Position numbers and translations under genes: made by a program
Shown: piece after piece, positions 1-9,937 of the stretch
Layout: every line of letters begins with the position of its first letter
Position numbering within the stretch: position 1 is the first letter of the stretch
Source of the DNA: Candidatus Omnitrophota bacterium
GTDB lineage: Bacteria; Omnitrophota; Gorgyraeia; 2-02-FULL-51-18
DNA length: 64,000 nt
Reading direction: 5' to 3'
Assembly: GCA_016206805.1 (NCBI GenBank)
Contig: JACQQX010000016.1
Span: 13,256-77,255 of the forward strand
Notes under the pieces: model-generated
Databases searched by the model: none
What the model saw: only the letters and a program-made list of their open reading frames with translations
What the model was told of the DNA's origin: nothing

Positions 1-1277
1 ATGATGGATCGGGCTCCCAGCGCCCGCGGACCAAACTCCATGCGCCCCTGAAACCAGCCGATCACCTTTTCCTGCGCGATCAGCTCCGCCACTCGCCTAG
101 TCAAGCTTCCCTCATCCAGCCGCGTATAAGGAATATGACGCTCTTTTAAAAAAGCTTCGATGGTTTCATTGGAAAACTCAGGCCCCAAATAAGAGCCTTT
201 GAGCGAGTCGGCGGCTTTGGACGCCACACGTTTATTGCCCAACACCTCATACCAGGCAAAAAGGGCCGCGCCCAATGCCCCTCCGGCATCTCCGGCGGCC
301 GGCTGAATCCAGATTTTTTCAAAGATATTTTCCTTCAGGATCTTTCCATTGCCGACGCAATTGAGCGCGACACCGCCAGCCAAACACAAATTCTTCTTGC
401 CGGTGACTTTTCGCGCGTGACGAGCCATGCGGCGCATCACCTCTTCAGTGACATCCTGAACAGAGCGCGCCAAATCCATTTCGCGCTGCGTCAGGTGAGA
501 TTCCGGTTTTCGAGGAGGCCCCCCAAAAAGATCATGAAATTTGGCGTTGGTCATCGTTAAACCGGCGCAATAATTAAAATAATCGAGGTTCAGCTTGAAA
601 GAACCGTCAGCCTTTAAATCCATGAGTTTAGAAAGAATAATGTCTTTGTATTTCGGCTGGCCATATGGCGCCAAACCCATCACTTTGTACTCACCGGAAT
701 TCACCCTAAAACCGGTGTAATAAGTAAAAGCGGAGTACAAAAGCCCCAGCGAGTGGGGAAAGCGAATGTCCATGAGCATTTCCAGATGATTTTGATGACC
801 CACCGCGAGACTGGAAGTGGTCCACTCCCCAACACCATCCATCGTGAGAATGGCCGCCTCATCAAAACCGGAAGGATAAAAAGCCGACGCCGCGTGCGCC
901 TGGTGATGCTCGGGGAAAATGACCTTGCCCTTGAAGCCCAGCTCCTCCTGAATGAGGTCTTTGATCCAAAGCTTCTGTTTGATCCATACGGGCATCGCTT
1001 TGATAAACGAGCGGATGCCTAGCGGCGCGTAAGCCAGATGCGTTTCAAGGATTCTTTCAAATTTGAGAAATGGCTTCTCATAAAAAGCAACCAAGTCCAA
1101 ATCCTTGGAAGCAATCCCCGCCTCGCTCAAACAGTACGCGATGGCTTTATGCGGAAAAGCCGCGTCGTGTTTTTTGCGCGTAAAACGCTCTTCCTGCGCG
1201 GCCGCGATAATCTCACCATCCCGCACCAGACACGCCGCGCTGTCATGATAATAAGCGGAAATGCCCAATATATTCAT
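1..1277 (-). CDS. Carbamoyltransferase (NodU/CmcH family), partial; the C-terminal part lies beyond the window start
   Basis: Reverse-strand translation from the ATG at 1277 begins MNILGISAYYHDSAACLVRDGEIIAAAQEERFTRKKHDAAFP. This is the characteristic N-terminus of NodU/CmcH/TobZ-type carbamoyltransferases. The frame stays open to position 1, and the plus-strand ORFs 753..1328 are antisense shadows. Confidence 0.7.
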   Translation of the reverse strand, partial: MNILGISAYYHDSAACLVRDGEIIAAAQEERFTRKKHDAAFPHKAIAYCLSEAGIASKDLDLVAFYEKPFLKFERILETHLAYAPLGIRSFIKAMPVWIKQKLWIKDLIQEELGFKGKVIFPEHHQAHAASAFYPSGFDEAAILTMDGVGEWTTSSLAVGHQNHLEMLMDIRFPHSLGLLYSAFTYYTGFRVNSGEYKVMGLAPYGQPKYKDIILSKLMDLKADGSFKLNLDYFNYCAGLTMTNAKFHDLFGGPPRKPESHLTQREMDLARSVQDVTEEVMRRMARHARKVTGKKNLCLAGGVALNCVGNGKILKENIFEKIWIQPAAGDAGGALGAALFAWYEVLGNKRVASKAADSLKGSYLGPEFSNETIEAFLKERHIPYTRLDEGSLTRRVAELIAQEKVIGWFQGRMEFGPRALGARSI

Positions 1278-1281
1278 CGTG

Positions 1282-2421
1282 CTACCTTACCATCTTCTCA
1301 AGAGCCGTCAATACTTCATTCGGCGTGATCCCGGACATGCAGGGATGGCCACCCACCCGGCAGATTTCTTCATGACAGGGTGAACAGGAAACCGGGTTCC
1401 TCAAAGTGGTCGTATTCTCCTCGAGAGACTTCCACTGCTCAAAAACATTGGTGCCGCTGTAGAGAAAAAGCGTTGGCACACTCATTGCCGCGGCGATATG
1501 CGCGGGACCTGAGTCAGGACCAATAAAAATACTGAATTTTCTCATTAAAAGGCAAAGCTCCCGAAGGGTGGTCTTGCCCAAAAGAGAAATACCGCGCGGG
1601 CAAACATCAAAAACAGCGCGGCCGACTTTTGGACTGCCTGAACCGACAAAAACGATCCGGTGATCCGGAAAGCGGTCCGCGAAGGACAAAAGAAAAGCCG
1701 TCACGTTTTCTTCGGGCCAGGCCTTAGCGGAAGCGCCTGCGCCCAATTGCAGCCCTACGTACTTTTCGCCGTCCGTTAGTCCCAAACGCCGCACAAGCGA
1801 CGGAAAACCTTTTTCTTCTTCCGCCGAAAAATAAAGCGCGGGCCTAAGCGCCTGAACGCCGATCCCGATCGAACGCAGCAAATCCAGCGCGTGACCGCTC
1901 TCATGCGCGCCCCGCCGGTAAAACACTTCACGCGTCAAAAAAAATCCGCCTCCGGTGACCCCGTAACCGACCCTTTCGGGGATGCCGGCGGCCGCCAATA
2001 AAAAATTTTCCCGAAGATCTCCGCGGAGACTGATGGCCAGATCAATCCCCTTTTTCCGCAGCAACCGCATCAACTGAAAAAAAGAAAACCGGTTGCGCGA
2101 CGCGTACCGATTTTTGGAAAACCATGGGGCGTCATAAGTAATGACTTCGTCAATGAACGGGTTATTTTCAAGCAGTGGAGCGCCCCAGCTGGAGGTCAAA
2201 AAAGTCAGGCGGCACTCCGGAAAATTTTCCTTCACCGCTTTCGGAATAGCCGTGGCCCGGAGAACATCCCCCACGTGATCCATCCGGATCACCAAAACAT
2301 GCCGCGGCGGATAAGGAGAATGCGCTTTTTTAAAAAACCGCCGTGCCAGCGGGTAGCCCGCCGCGTCTAAAACGCCGGCAAGAAAACTCTTGGTTTTTTT
2401 TCGGAAAATATATTGTTTCAT
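1282..2421 (-). CDS. Glycosyltransferase family 9 (ADP-heptose:LPS heptosyltransferase-like)
   Basis: N-terminal RHVLVIRMDHVGDVL and C-terminal GPDSGPAHIAAAMSVPTLFLYSGTN motifs are typical of GT9 heptosyltransferases (RfaF/RfaC/RfaQ family). Confidence 0.7.
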   Translation of the reverse strand: MKQYIFRKKTKSFLAGVLDAAGYPLARRFFKKAHSPYPPRHVLVIRMDHVGDVLRATAIPKAVKENFPECRLTFLTSSWGAPLLENNPFIDEVITYDAPWFSKNRYASRNRFSFFQLMRLLRKKGIDLAISLRGDLRENFLLAAAGIPERVGYGVTGGGFFLTREVFYRRGAHESGHALDLLRSIGIGVQALRPALYFSAEEEKGFPSLVRRLGLTDGEKYVGLQLGAGASAKAWPEENVTAFLLSFADRFPDHRIVFVGSGSPKVGRAVFDVCPRGISLLGKTTLRELCLLMRKFSIFIGPDSGPAHIAAAMSVPTLFLYSGTNVFEQWKSLEENTTTLRNPVSCSPCHEEICRVGGHPCMSGITPNEVLTALEKMVR

Positions 2422-2424
2422 CGG

Positions 2425-3156
2425 TCATCTTCCGGGCTTTCTTGCGAAAATCGCCAGCGAACCGGCGATCTCCCTCACCAGAGGCACGGTTTCCATCCAG
2501 GATCCGATCTGCTCGGCGGGACGCACCAAAGCGCCGGGGATCCAGGGATGCAAAAAATCAAAAGGCGTGATTGAAATATCCTGAAAACCTTTTTGCTTTA
2601 AAAACCGTTTCATCGGCCACTTGAAAAATGCGGTTTCATCGGGAGTGTCCCCCATCAAACGTTTGATAAACGGAATATTTTTTTGAATCATGATTTGGGG
2701 GTTGAGCATATTGGGTTCACAAAAAGCGATCACGCCGCCGGGCTTTAGCGTGCGCCAAATCTCGGCAAAAGCGGGCTCAAGGTCCAGATGATGCAGAACG
2801 CGGACTCCAACTACCGCATCGAATGACTCCATTTCATAAGGCAGCGCTTCCACGTCGCAAACACGAAAATCGGCGGCAGCGCCACAGCGCTCCGTTGCTT
2901 TTTGAAGCAAATCAGCCGACAAATCAATCGCGTGCAAACGCGCGCCTGAGCGAAGAAAAACTTGTGAGAAAAAACCGGTGCCGCAACCGATTTCAAGCGC
3001 CTGCTGCCCCGCGCGAAGGCCCGTTCGGCTGACAATCCATTCCGCGCGGCGCATGGAGCCTTTATAACCGGCATCCGTACCGGAATTCCAATAAAACTCC
3101 GGATGATGCAATATTTTTTTAGCGTGCTCGAGTTCCTGAACTTTATTTTGCGGCAT
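2425..3156 (-). CDS. Class I SAM-dependent methyltransferase
   Basis: SAM-binding motif I LEIGCGTGFFS followed by acidic motif II (RLHAIDLS); Methyltransf_11/25-like. Confidence 0.75.
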   Translation of the reverse strand: MPQNKVQELEHAKKILHHPEFYWNSGTDAGYKGSMRRAEWIVSRTGLRAGQQALEIGCGTGFFSQVFLRSGARLHAIDLSADLLQKATERCGAAADFRVCDVEALPYEMESFDAVVGVRVLHHLDLEPAFAEIWRTLKPGGVIAFCEPNMLNPQIMIQKNIPFIKRLMGDTPDETAFFKWPMKRFLKQKGFQDISITPFDFLHPWIPGALVRPAEQIGSWMETVPLVREIAGSLAIFARKPGR

Positions 3157-3159
3157 GCC

Positions 3160-4668
3160 TTAGTCGGTGTCCGTACCGAAATTAAAAGCATGATTGCGGA
3201 TCAGGCGAAGTCCCGAGCGGACATAATTCAAAAAAATCCGGGGAGAACGGATATCTTTCAGGGTATTGATGATGTAGGAAGGGCGAAGATAAAAACCCAG
3301 AAGTGCTTTTTTTCGGTAACCGATAAGCTCCTCGGTACTCATGGACAAGGTGCGGACAATCGGACGGGCATAATCCCCTTTGGATAGGTTCTTGTCGTCG
3401 AAAAGATTCATTTCCTTGGCCAGACGGTAATATTCAGTTCCGGGCAGCGGATAAGCAATATTAAAATCCAGGAAACTGGGATTGAGTTTTTTGGCAAAAT
3501 CAATGGTCTGCTCCACCGTCTGCCGGGTTTCCCAGGGAAGCCCAATCAGAAAAAGACCATAGGTTTTAATGCCATATTTTTTGCATAACGCTATCGCGCG
3601 CTCGGCGTCCTCCAGCTTGGCGCGCTTTTTCATCTTGTCGAGCATTTCCTGGTTGCCGCTTTCGATACCGAAACCGATAACCCAGCAGCCGGCTTTCTTC
3701 ATCCACTCCAACCGCTTTTCGCTGATGGTGTCCACACGGCTGTTGCACCCCCAGCGGATCGAAAGATTGCGCTCGATAATCATCCGGCACAAATCCATCA
3801 CCCATTTTTCATCCCAGGTAAACGTGTCCGCGCGGAAAAAGAAGTTACGGATGTTGTGACGCTCAACGCATTCGGAAATTTCATCCACAATATTTTTGGG
3901 AGAACGGACTTTAAGCTTATAGCCGGAGGCGATGGTGACCGCGCAATAGATACACTGATGAGGACAGCCGCGGCCCGTATTGATCATCGTGATCGGCTCT
4001 CCGGTGTCGGGCGCCAGATACAAACTATTATTTAAAAGATGACGCGCCGGAAAGGGAAGCGTATCCAAATGCTCCACTTCGATATAAGGCCGGTCCGCAT
4101 TTCGAGCCGGCCGGCCATCCGCGCGATACGCCAAACCCAGAATCTCTGAAAAATCTTTTTTCTCGGCAATCTCGACAATCGCATGCTCCGACTCACCGCG
4201 GATCACCAGGTCCAGCTCCGGGTTCTGCAGGATAATCTCATCGTCTTTTGAAGAAAAATGGGCGCCCTTGGCGACTGTCACGATCGAGGAGTTGATTTTT
4301 TTGGCGATGCGGCAGGCAGCCAAATCATTTTGCACGGTAGGCGTGGTTACACTGACCAAAAGAATGTCCGGCATAAAAAGGGCAATGTCCCGCTCCACCT
4401 GCTCCCATTCGGCCTTGGACGCCGCGTAGTCGGCTATTTTGCATTGGATCTGGAGCTGCTCCAGCATCGCGGCCATGTAAGCCAGATCCAGTGGCGCGCG
4501 ATTCGGCTGGGCCGTCATCCCCTCCACGGGAGCTTGGCAGCGGTCATCCCGCATATAAACTCCCGTCGGCGGATAAATCAGGAAAACTTTTGAAGCGCGC
4601 TTGGCGATGGAGGAAGGGCTAGTCGACAAAACGGTATTTGATGAGGGTACAAACGGCTTCAAGTCCAT
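3160..4668 (-). CDS. B12-binding domain-containing radical SAM protein (class B radical SAM, putative C-methyltransferase or related)
   Basis: N-terminal cobalamin-binding-like segment (DILLVSVTTPTVQ...VTVAKGAHFS) followed by a CxxxCxxC radical SAM cluster motif (GRGCPHQCIYCAV). 502 aa. The true start may be downstream of M1, which overlaps the next gene by 50 nt. Confidence 0.75.
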   Translation of the reverse strand: MDLKPFVPSSNTVLSTSPSSIAKRASKVFLIYPPTGVYMRDDRCQAPVEGMTAQPNRAPLDLAYMAAMLEQLQIQCKIADYAASKAEWEQVERDIALFMPDILLVSVTTPTVQNDLAACRIAKKINSSIVTVAKGAHFSSKDDEIILQNPELDLVIRGESEHAIVEIAEKKDFSEILGLAYRADGRPARNADRPYIEVEHLDTLPFPARHLLNNSLYLAPDTGEPITMINTGRGCPHQCIYCAVTIASGYKLKVRSPKNIVDEISECVERHNIRNFFFRADTFTWDEKWVMDLCRMIIERNLSIRWGCNSRVDTISEKRLEWMKKAGCWVIGFGIESGNQEMLDKMKKRAKLEDAERAIALCKKYGIKTYGLFLIGLPWETRQTVEQTIDFAKKLNPSFLDFNIAYPLPGTEYYRLAKEMNLFDDKNLSKGDYARPIVRTLSMSTEELIGYRKKALLGFYLRPSYIINTLKDIRSPRIFLNYVRSGLRLIRNHAFNFGTDTD

Positions 4669-5356
4669 GTCTCCAGTTTATCTTTTTCCCCTGCTCATGG
4701 GTGCGGGGAGTATAAGTGATGGCTACTTCCTGAATTGCGTAACCCGCTTTTCTGACTTTTGCGGTGAATTCAGGACAAAACTCAAAACCCCGGCATCGAA
4801 GCCGGAATTTCTCTAATACCTTTCTTCTAAATGCTTTATAACAAGTCGCTTCGTCCGTTATGTTAGCAGAGTAGAGGCGGTTTGCCAAGCCGTTTAAAAG
4901 CAGAACGCCTAAAAAGTGGTGCAGATAAACGACTTCTTCATGGCCTCCCAAAAAGCGGTTTTTAAACCAATGTTGGATAAACGTCCATGGATTCAAATCT
5001 TTGTAACGTGAGCCATAAACCACGTCTATCGCGGGATTTTCAAAAAACCGGAGGATCTTCAGATAATCATTCGGATCATATTCCAGATCGGCGTCCTGGA
5101 TAATGAGAATATCCCCGGCGGCATGAGGCAGTGCTGTCCGGATAGCGCTCCCCTTTCCCAGATTGCGCTCATGATAAATGACTTTTAAATTTTTATATTT
5201 CCCATCGATCTCTTGGCGAAGATATTGGCGGGCGTCTTCGGAAGAACCGTCATCGACGAGTATTACTTCTTTCTCGACCGGCACGGCCATCACGCGGCGC
5301 AGCGATTCGGCGACCAGCGTTTTCTCATTGTAATGGGGAATAATGACGCTTAGCAT
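4619..5356 (-). CDS. Glycosyltransferase family 2 (DPM1-like polyprenyl-phosphate sugar synthase type, soluble)
   Basis: LSVIIPHYNE...ILVDDGSSED...IQDADLEYDP (DxD) motifs; 245 aa without C-terminal TM helices. Confidence 0.7.
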   Translation of the reverse strand: MLSVIIPHYNEKTLVAESLRRVMAVPVEKEVILVDDGSSEDARQYLRQEIDGKYKNLKVIYHERNLGKGSAIRTALPHAAGDILIIQDADLEYDPNDYLKILRFFENPAIDVVYGSRYKDLNPWTFIQHWFKNRFLGGHEEVVYLHHFLGVLLLNGLANRLYSANITDEATCYKAFRRKVLEKFRLRCRGFEFCPEFTAKVRKAGYAIQEVAITYTPRTHEQGKKINWRHGLEAVCTLIKYRFVD

Positions 5357-5367
5357 GTTCGCTGATT

Positions 5368-6417
5368 CTAAAGGCTTTGGCGGAATATCTCAATCATCAT
5401 TCTTGCCGTCTTCTGCCAGGTAAAGGCTTGAGAACGGCGCCAGGCGGCATCAGCCAGTTCGCGCCTTAAACCGGCATTGGAATAAAATAAAGACATTTGG
5501 CCGGCAATACTTTCGGGATTCAGCGGGTCGGCATACAAAGCGGTGTGCCCCGCCACCTCCGGCAATGAAGAAGAATCGGAAACAATGCCGCTCAAACCAC
5601 AACGCATGGCCTCCAGAACCGGCAAACCAAACCCTTCATAGATAGACAAAAAAACATAGCCCACCGCCTGATTGTACAATTGATTTAAATCCGGATCGGC
5701 CACATACCCCAAAAGACGCACTTCTTTTTCCAAATCAAGCTCTCGGATCAAACGCCTGATGTCGTTTTCAGCGCCACCGGCTTTGCCGGCTAAAATAAGC
5801 ATCACATCCGAAGGGGTTTCTTTTTTGAATAGGCTAAAAGCGCGCAACAGATTGGGGATATTTTTTCTGGGCTCAAGCGTTCCCACATGCAGAAAAAAGG
5901 GCCGTTCGGATACGCGGGCACCCAATGTATTTTCTTTGGAAAACGCGCGGTTGGGCGCCAAAGGGACCACATGGATAGAATCCGCGGGCCTTTTCAAAAG
6001 ACGGATGATGTCCCGCCGCGTGGATTCGGAGCTGGCCACGACGACCTTCGCGCGTTTGACGCAGTGGGGCAACCACCAGGACCAATAAAAACGCGCGGCA
6101 GGCGGAAGATTGCGCGGATAAAGAACGCCGATGAGATCGTGCACGGTCACGACTTGAGGAATAGTGGAAAAAAAGGCCGGCGCAAAACCCGGACTAAAAA
6201 GAAGGTCTGCCCCACGTGACCCTAGCCTCAGAGGAATTTCCACACTTTCCCAAAGAATACGCGCGGCAGCGCTTAAATCACGGGCACGAGCGGTGGTTAA
6301 ACAATTGAGCTCAATGGAGGGGTCTTCCTGTCCGAGAGCTTCAACGAGGTTTTCGGCATAAACGCCTATCCCCGTTTTATTTCCCTGAGCGGACTGAAAA
6401 TCAACCGCGATTCTCAT
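5368..6417 (-). CDS. Glycosyltransferase family 4 (GT-B, retaining)
   Basis: C-terminal EGFGLPVLEAMRCG (E-x7-E-like GT4 signature) and GTLEPRKN motif. Confidence 0.75.
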   Translation of the reverse strand: MRIAVDFQSAQGNKTGIGVYAENLVEALGQEDPSIELNCLTTARARDLSAAARILWESVEIPLRLGSRGADLLFSPGFAPAFFSTIPQVVTVHDLIGVLYPRNLPPAARFYWSWWLPHCVKRAKVVVASSESTRRDIIRLLKRPADSIHVVPLAPNRAFSKENTLGARVSERPFFLHVGTLEPRKNIPNLLRAFSLFKKETPSDVMLILAGKAGGAENDIRRLIRELDLEKEVRLLGYVADPDLNQLYNQAVGYVFLSIYEGFGLPVLEAMRCGLSGIVSDSSSLPEVAGHTALYADPLNPESIAGQMSLFYSNAGLRRELADAAWRRSQAFTWQKTARMMIEIFRQSL

Positions 6418-7532
6418 TCAATTACCGACAAAATTTTTTTCGCGCTGTGACCGTCTCCGAAGGGATTTTTCCAGCTTCTATGTTTACGCACCATTCGTCT
6501 GGCTAGTCCAGCGATCCGCGAAGGATTGTAACCCGCCAACATATTTGCGCCAACTTTTAACGTCTCCGGCCGCTCGGTTGTTGTCCGTAGCGTGACGCAA
6601 GGGACCCCCAAAATACAGGCCTCCTCCTGAACGCCTCCCGAATCCGTGAGAATCAACGACGCGTTTTTTTCAAGAAGCAGAAACTCCAGAAACCCGACCG
6701 GTTTTATCGGATAAATCTGTTGCGGAATTTTCAACCCAAAGCGTTCCAACTGTTTCAATGTTCTGGGATGAACGGGGAAAATAACCGGCATTTTTGATTC
6801 GATAGCCACCCGACCGATTCCTTCTAAAACCGCCGCGAGCCGCTGGGCATCATCAACGCTTTCCTGGCGATGCAAAGTCATCAGACAAAAACCTTTTTCC
6901 AGCGGCAACTTTAAATCCCTTAAATCAATATCCCGTTTGGCGATTTTCAAGTTTTCCTGCACGGCATCCACGATAGTATTGCCGGTTAACGTAATGTTGT
7001 GCGCTGGGATCCCTTCTTTCAAAAGAATGCGCTTGGCCAAAGGTGTCGGCGCGAATAGGTAATGAGACATGTGGTCCGTGAGAATGCGATTCACCTCTTC
7101 GGGCATATTGCGGTCATAGCTTCTGAGACCGGCCTCCACATGGCCTAATTGGATGGCGGGCAGTTTGGCGGTCGCCAGAGCGCCGGCCAAAACGCTGTTG
7201 GTGTCTCCCTGAACCAGCACGGTAGAAGGTTTTTCGGCGGTAAGGATTTTTTCAATCTCGGTCATCATAAAAGCGGTCGGACCGGTGAGACTTCCCTGCG
7301 CGGAAACATTGGTCGGTATTTTTAATTGAAATTGCGGCTGAGGAAGCTCCAGCTGCTCAAAAAAGAGGCTGTCCATCTCAAAAGAATAATGCTGTCCGGT
7401 ATGAATCATAAAATAGGGTTTACGCGAATGTTCCAAGAGACGAATCACCGGGCTAAGCTTGATAATTTCAGGCCGAGTACCGAATACTAACGCAATCCGT
7501 TTTTTCACGAAACACCCTTCCCCTTTTCCCAC
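6414..7532 (-). CDS. wecB: UDP-N-acetylglucosamine 2-epimerase (non-hydrolysing, WecB/MnaA type)
   Basis: RIALVFGTRPEIIKLSPV, HTGQHYS, GHVEAGLRSYD and NTIVDAV motifs match Epimerase_2 family non-hydrolysing enzymes. Confidence 0.8.
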   Translation of the reverse strand: MGKGEGCFVKKRIALVFGTRPEIIKLSPVIRLLEHSRKPYFMIHTGQHYSFEMDSLFFEQLELPQPQFQLKIPTNVSAQGSLTGPTAFMMTEIEKILTAEKPSTVLVQGDTNSVLAGALATAKLPAIQLGHVEAGLRSYDRNMPEEVNRILTDHMSHYLFAPTPLAKRILLKEGIPAHNITLTGNTIVDAVQENLKIAKRDIDLRDLKLPLEKGFCLMTLHRQESVDDAQRLAAVLEGIGRVAIESKMPVIFPVHPRTLKQLERFGLKIPQQIYPIKPVGFLEFLLLEKNASLILTDSGGVQEEACILGVPCVTLRTTTERPETLKVGANMLAGYNPSRIAGLARRMVRKHRSWKNPFGDGHSAKKILSVIE

Positions 7533-8266
7533 CGCTTGGCTAATTTCACAAATTCATAATAAGCGCTCAGAAAGCTAAAGAAAAAACCTTCCATCCCGTC
7601 CAGAATCCCCGCGCGCCAAAAAACCCTGTCTAAAAAAACTGCCGGCGGCCGCCAAAAAAGCTGCCGCTTTGAAAATGGCCTTCCCTGCTCCATCCATAAA
7701 GCCGCTTCCAGAGCCGTATACTGATTAAGCTTTTTCATATAATCCGTCATCCGTTCGGTGGAGTGATGCCATAACACTCCGGATAGACAAGGCGTTTTTT
7801 CCGGCCAGGCAATGGCCTCATGCACCAAACCTGAAAAAATCGCCTTCTCTTTTTGAACCAGCCTGAGCGGCCTGTCATTCCCGCTCACGCCATGCTTCAT
7901 CCATCGGCCAAAAATCCTATTTTTACGGTGAACGCGATAAGCGCTGGAGGCCGCGCGCGCAATGGTCTGGCGGATGGACTGGGCAAGCTCAGGGCTTACC
8001 CGCTCATCCGCGTCGACGAATAAAAGCCATTGGTTGGAGGCTTTTTGGGCCGCAAAATTCTTTTGAGACGCGTAGTCCGTAAACGTCCGGCTATAAACCG
8101 CCGCGCCTAAACGCCGCGCGATTTCAAGCGTGGCGTCCCGGCTTCCTCCATCCACTATCACTTTTTCATCACAAAAATCAAGCGCCTTGAGACAGGTTTC
8201 AAGATTGCGCTCTTCGTTGAGTGTAATAATAACCGCTGAAAGACCCATACCGCTAGACCACTCCAA
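7505..8266 (-). CDS. Glycosyltransferase family 2 (LPS-core WaaE/KdtX-like)
   Basis: LSAVIITLNEERNL...VDGGSRDAT...FVDADE motifs. The likely start is M7 (8248). Confidence 0.7.
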   Translation of the reverse strand: MEWSSGMGLSAVIITLNEERNLETCLKALDFCDEKVIVDGGSRDATLEIARRLGAAVYSRTFTDYASQKNFAAQKASNQWLLFVDADERVSPELAQSIRQTIARAASSAYRVHRKNRIFGRWMKHGVSGNDRPLRLVQKEKAIFSGLVHEAIAWPEKTPCLSGVLWHHSTERMTDYMKKLNQYTALEAALWMEQGRPFSKRQLFWRPPAVFLDRVFWRAGILDGMEGFFFSFLSAYYEFVKLAKRWEKGKGVS

Positions 8267-9185
8267 AAATTTGACGATCAGGCCGGCTTGTCAATAAACC
8301 GGATTTCTTTAAACCCTGCCGGCGCCGGTACACGCGAGGCAAATGCGGCAGTGCCTGCCAAAACCCCAGAAACAATTCCGGCTTTCCGCTGAAAAGGGAA
8401 TAAGCCAGTCTAAACGGCAGCCAGAAAAAAAACCTTAAAAAAGAGTCCCTGTCCCCCAGGTTCTTCCACATGAATAAAAATGTATTCCGCGCGTTGATCA
8501 CTAGCGTCCGATGGACCCCAAAAGCGCGATGAAAGCTGGTTCCCCCCTCATGCCACGCGCGGCTGGCCGGCTCATAAAGACAAACCCAGCCTTTTTTCTG
8601 GGCGCGAAAACAAATATCGGCATCCTCCAGCCGGCCCGGAAGATAAAGATCGTCATAGCCGCCCAACTCCAGAAACTTTTTCCGGTCAAAAGCCCCAAAC
8701 CCTCCCTGGAATGTGAGCCCGGGACTGTCTTTTTCTTTTTCATACCCCGGATATAACGCATACGCCCAAAAAATACCAAAACGCAGCCGGCCACGGGTTT
8801 TATTTCCTTCGTAATCGCCGGTTTTCAAGGAAAGGCATTGCGGTGTCACAAAAAAGACATCTTTCGAGTTTAAAAACGGCTGGACCAGCGGATCGACAAA
8901 ACCCGCATCGACACGGATGTCGTTATTCATCAAAATGAGAATCTCGTCGGGGAGACCCGTGGCGGCTTCATTGTAGGCGCAAAGCACACGGTTTTGCGCC
9001 ATCGGCATCCATCCCACCGAATTAAAACCGGCGACCACCGACTGACTGGCGTCGGTACTGGCATTGTCCACTACGCTGACGCGGCAATCATGCCGGGAAT
9101 TTTTAACAGCCTGGCAATAAGACGGCAGATACTTTCTCAACAGCTCCTCGCCGTTAAAATTCAATATCAGAATATGGACTTTCAC
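8253..9185 (-). CDS. Glycosyltransferase family 2
   Basis: KVHILILNFNGEELL...VVDNASTDAS...NNDIRV motifs of GT2 (GT-A fold). Confidence 0.7.
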   Translation of the reverse strand: MKVHILILNFNGEELLRKYLPSYCQAVKNSRHDCRVSVVDNASTDASQSVVAGFNSVGWMPMAQNRVLCAYNEAATGLPDEILILMNNDIRVDAGFVDPLVQPFLNSKDVFFVTPQCLSLKTGDYEGNKTRGRLRFGIFWAYALYPGYEKEKDSPGLTFQGGFGAFDRKKFLELGGYDDLYLPGRLEDADICFRAQKKGWVCLYEPASRAWHEGGTSFHRAFGVHRTLVINARNTFLFMWKNLGDRDSFLRFFFWLPFRLAYSLFSGKPELFLGFWQALPHLPRVYRRRQGLKKSGLLTSRPDRQIFGVV

Positions 9186-9937
9186 GGACGAACCTCAGGG
9201 TAAAACCGGTCGATTTTTTGAGTGACCACCGCGTGAGCGATAATGAGAATCCATACCGCCGTTGAAGAAGCCGCGTAATAAATCAATAGGGGCTCCAATA
9301 GTCTTTCCTGAAATAAAAAAATGCCTAATGTCAAAACCGGCAGAAAAACGGGAAACGTCACAGTTTCATGCCAGATGGAAAAAAACTTTTTTAAAAAAGG
9401 CCGTGAAGCGGCCTTATTCTCCTGCGATTTTTGCCCATAGGTATCCGGTGCTGTGATCCGTATCCTTCCCTGACGCACGCGCTGCAATATCACCATGGAT
9501 TCGCAAAAAGGAATTACCGAAAGCATCAGCGACCCATAAAAAGCCGTAAAACCCGCCGCCACCCACCCCAAACCCACTCCCAGCCCTAAAAAAGTAAATG
9601 GTGGGACAATGGCATTGGCTATCGTGTCAAAAAAAAGTCCGCTGGCGCAGGTAATGCCTTGAGCCCGGGCCACTTCGCCGTCCACATGATCCAGCAAATA
9701 CCAGCCGTTCACAAAAATAATCCCCAAAAACCATTGCCCTTGGGACAAAAACCATGCCCCCGCTAGACCGGAAACGATTGAGGCAAAGTTCACCCAAAAC
9801 GGCGAAACTGAAAACGGGACCAGAGTGGCCGTGATGTAAATAGAAATGCGCCGCATCACATGACGCCCATAAAAAGAATCCTTATTCCGTCGGGGTCCTT
9901 GCAGCTTTTCTCTCGAGAGTGCGGCCTGCTTCAGCAC
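9182..9937 (-). CDS. CDP-alcohol phosphatidyltransferase family membrane protein
   Basis: DHVDGEVARAQGITCASGLFFDTIAN matches the CDP-OH P-transferase signature D-G-x2-A-R-x7-8-G-x3-D-x3-D; multiple hydrophobic helices. Alternative start M28 (9856). Confidence 0.6.
   Translation of the reverse strand: MLKQAALSREKLQGPRRNKDSFYGRHVMRRISIYITATLVPFSVSPFWVNFASIVSGLAGAWFLSQGQWFLGIIFVNGWYLLDHVDGEVARAQGITCASGLFFDTIANAIVPPFTFLGLGVGLGWVAAGFTAFYGSLMLSVIPFCESMVILQRVRQGRIRITAPDTYGQKSQENKAASRPFLKKFFSIWHETVTFPVFLPVLTLGIFLFQERLLEPLLIYYAASSTAVWILIIAHAVVTQKIDRFYPEVRP

Noticed and set aside
753-1328. Two plus-strand ORFs (89 and 96 aa) at the window start
   Set aside because: The opposite strand encodes a clear carbamoyltransferase N-terminus (MNILGISAYYHDSAACLV...) starting at 1277. 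The plus-strand ORFs are its antisense shadows.
6414-7532. Possibility that the 2-epimerase is the NeuC/LegG hydrolysing enzyme of the nonulosonic-acid pathway
   Set aside because: The motif pattern (GTRPEIIKLSPV, HVEAGLRSYD) matches non-hydrolysing WecB-type enzymes rather than NeuC-type (H-x-HGGE), and the gene lies 12 kb from the NulO module. I kept it as wecB, but the call cannot be settled without a phylogeny.
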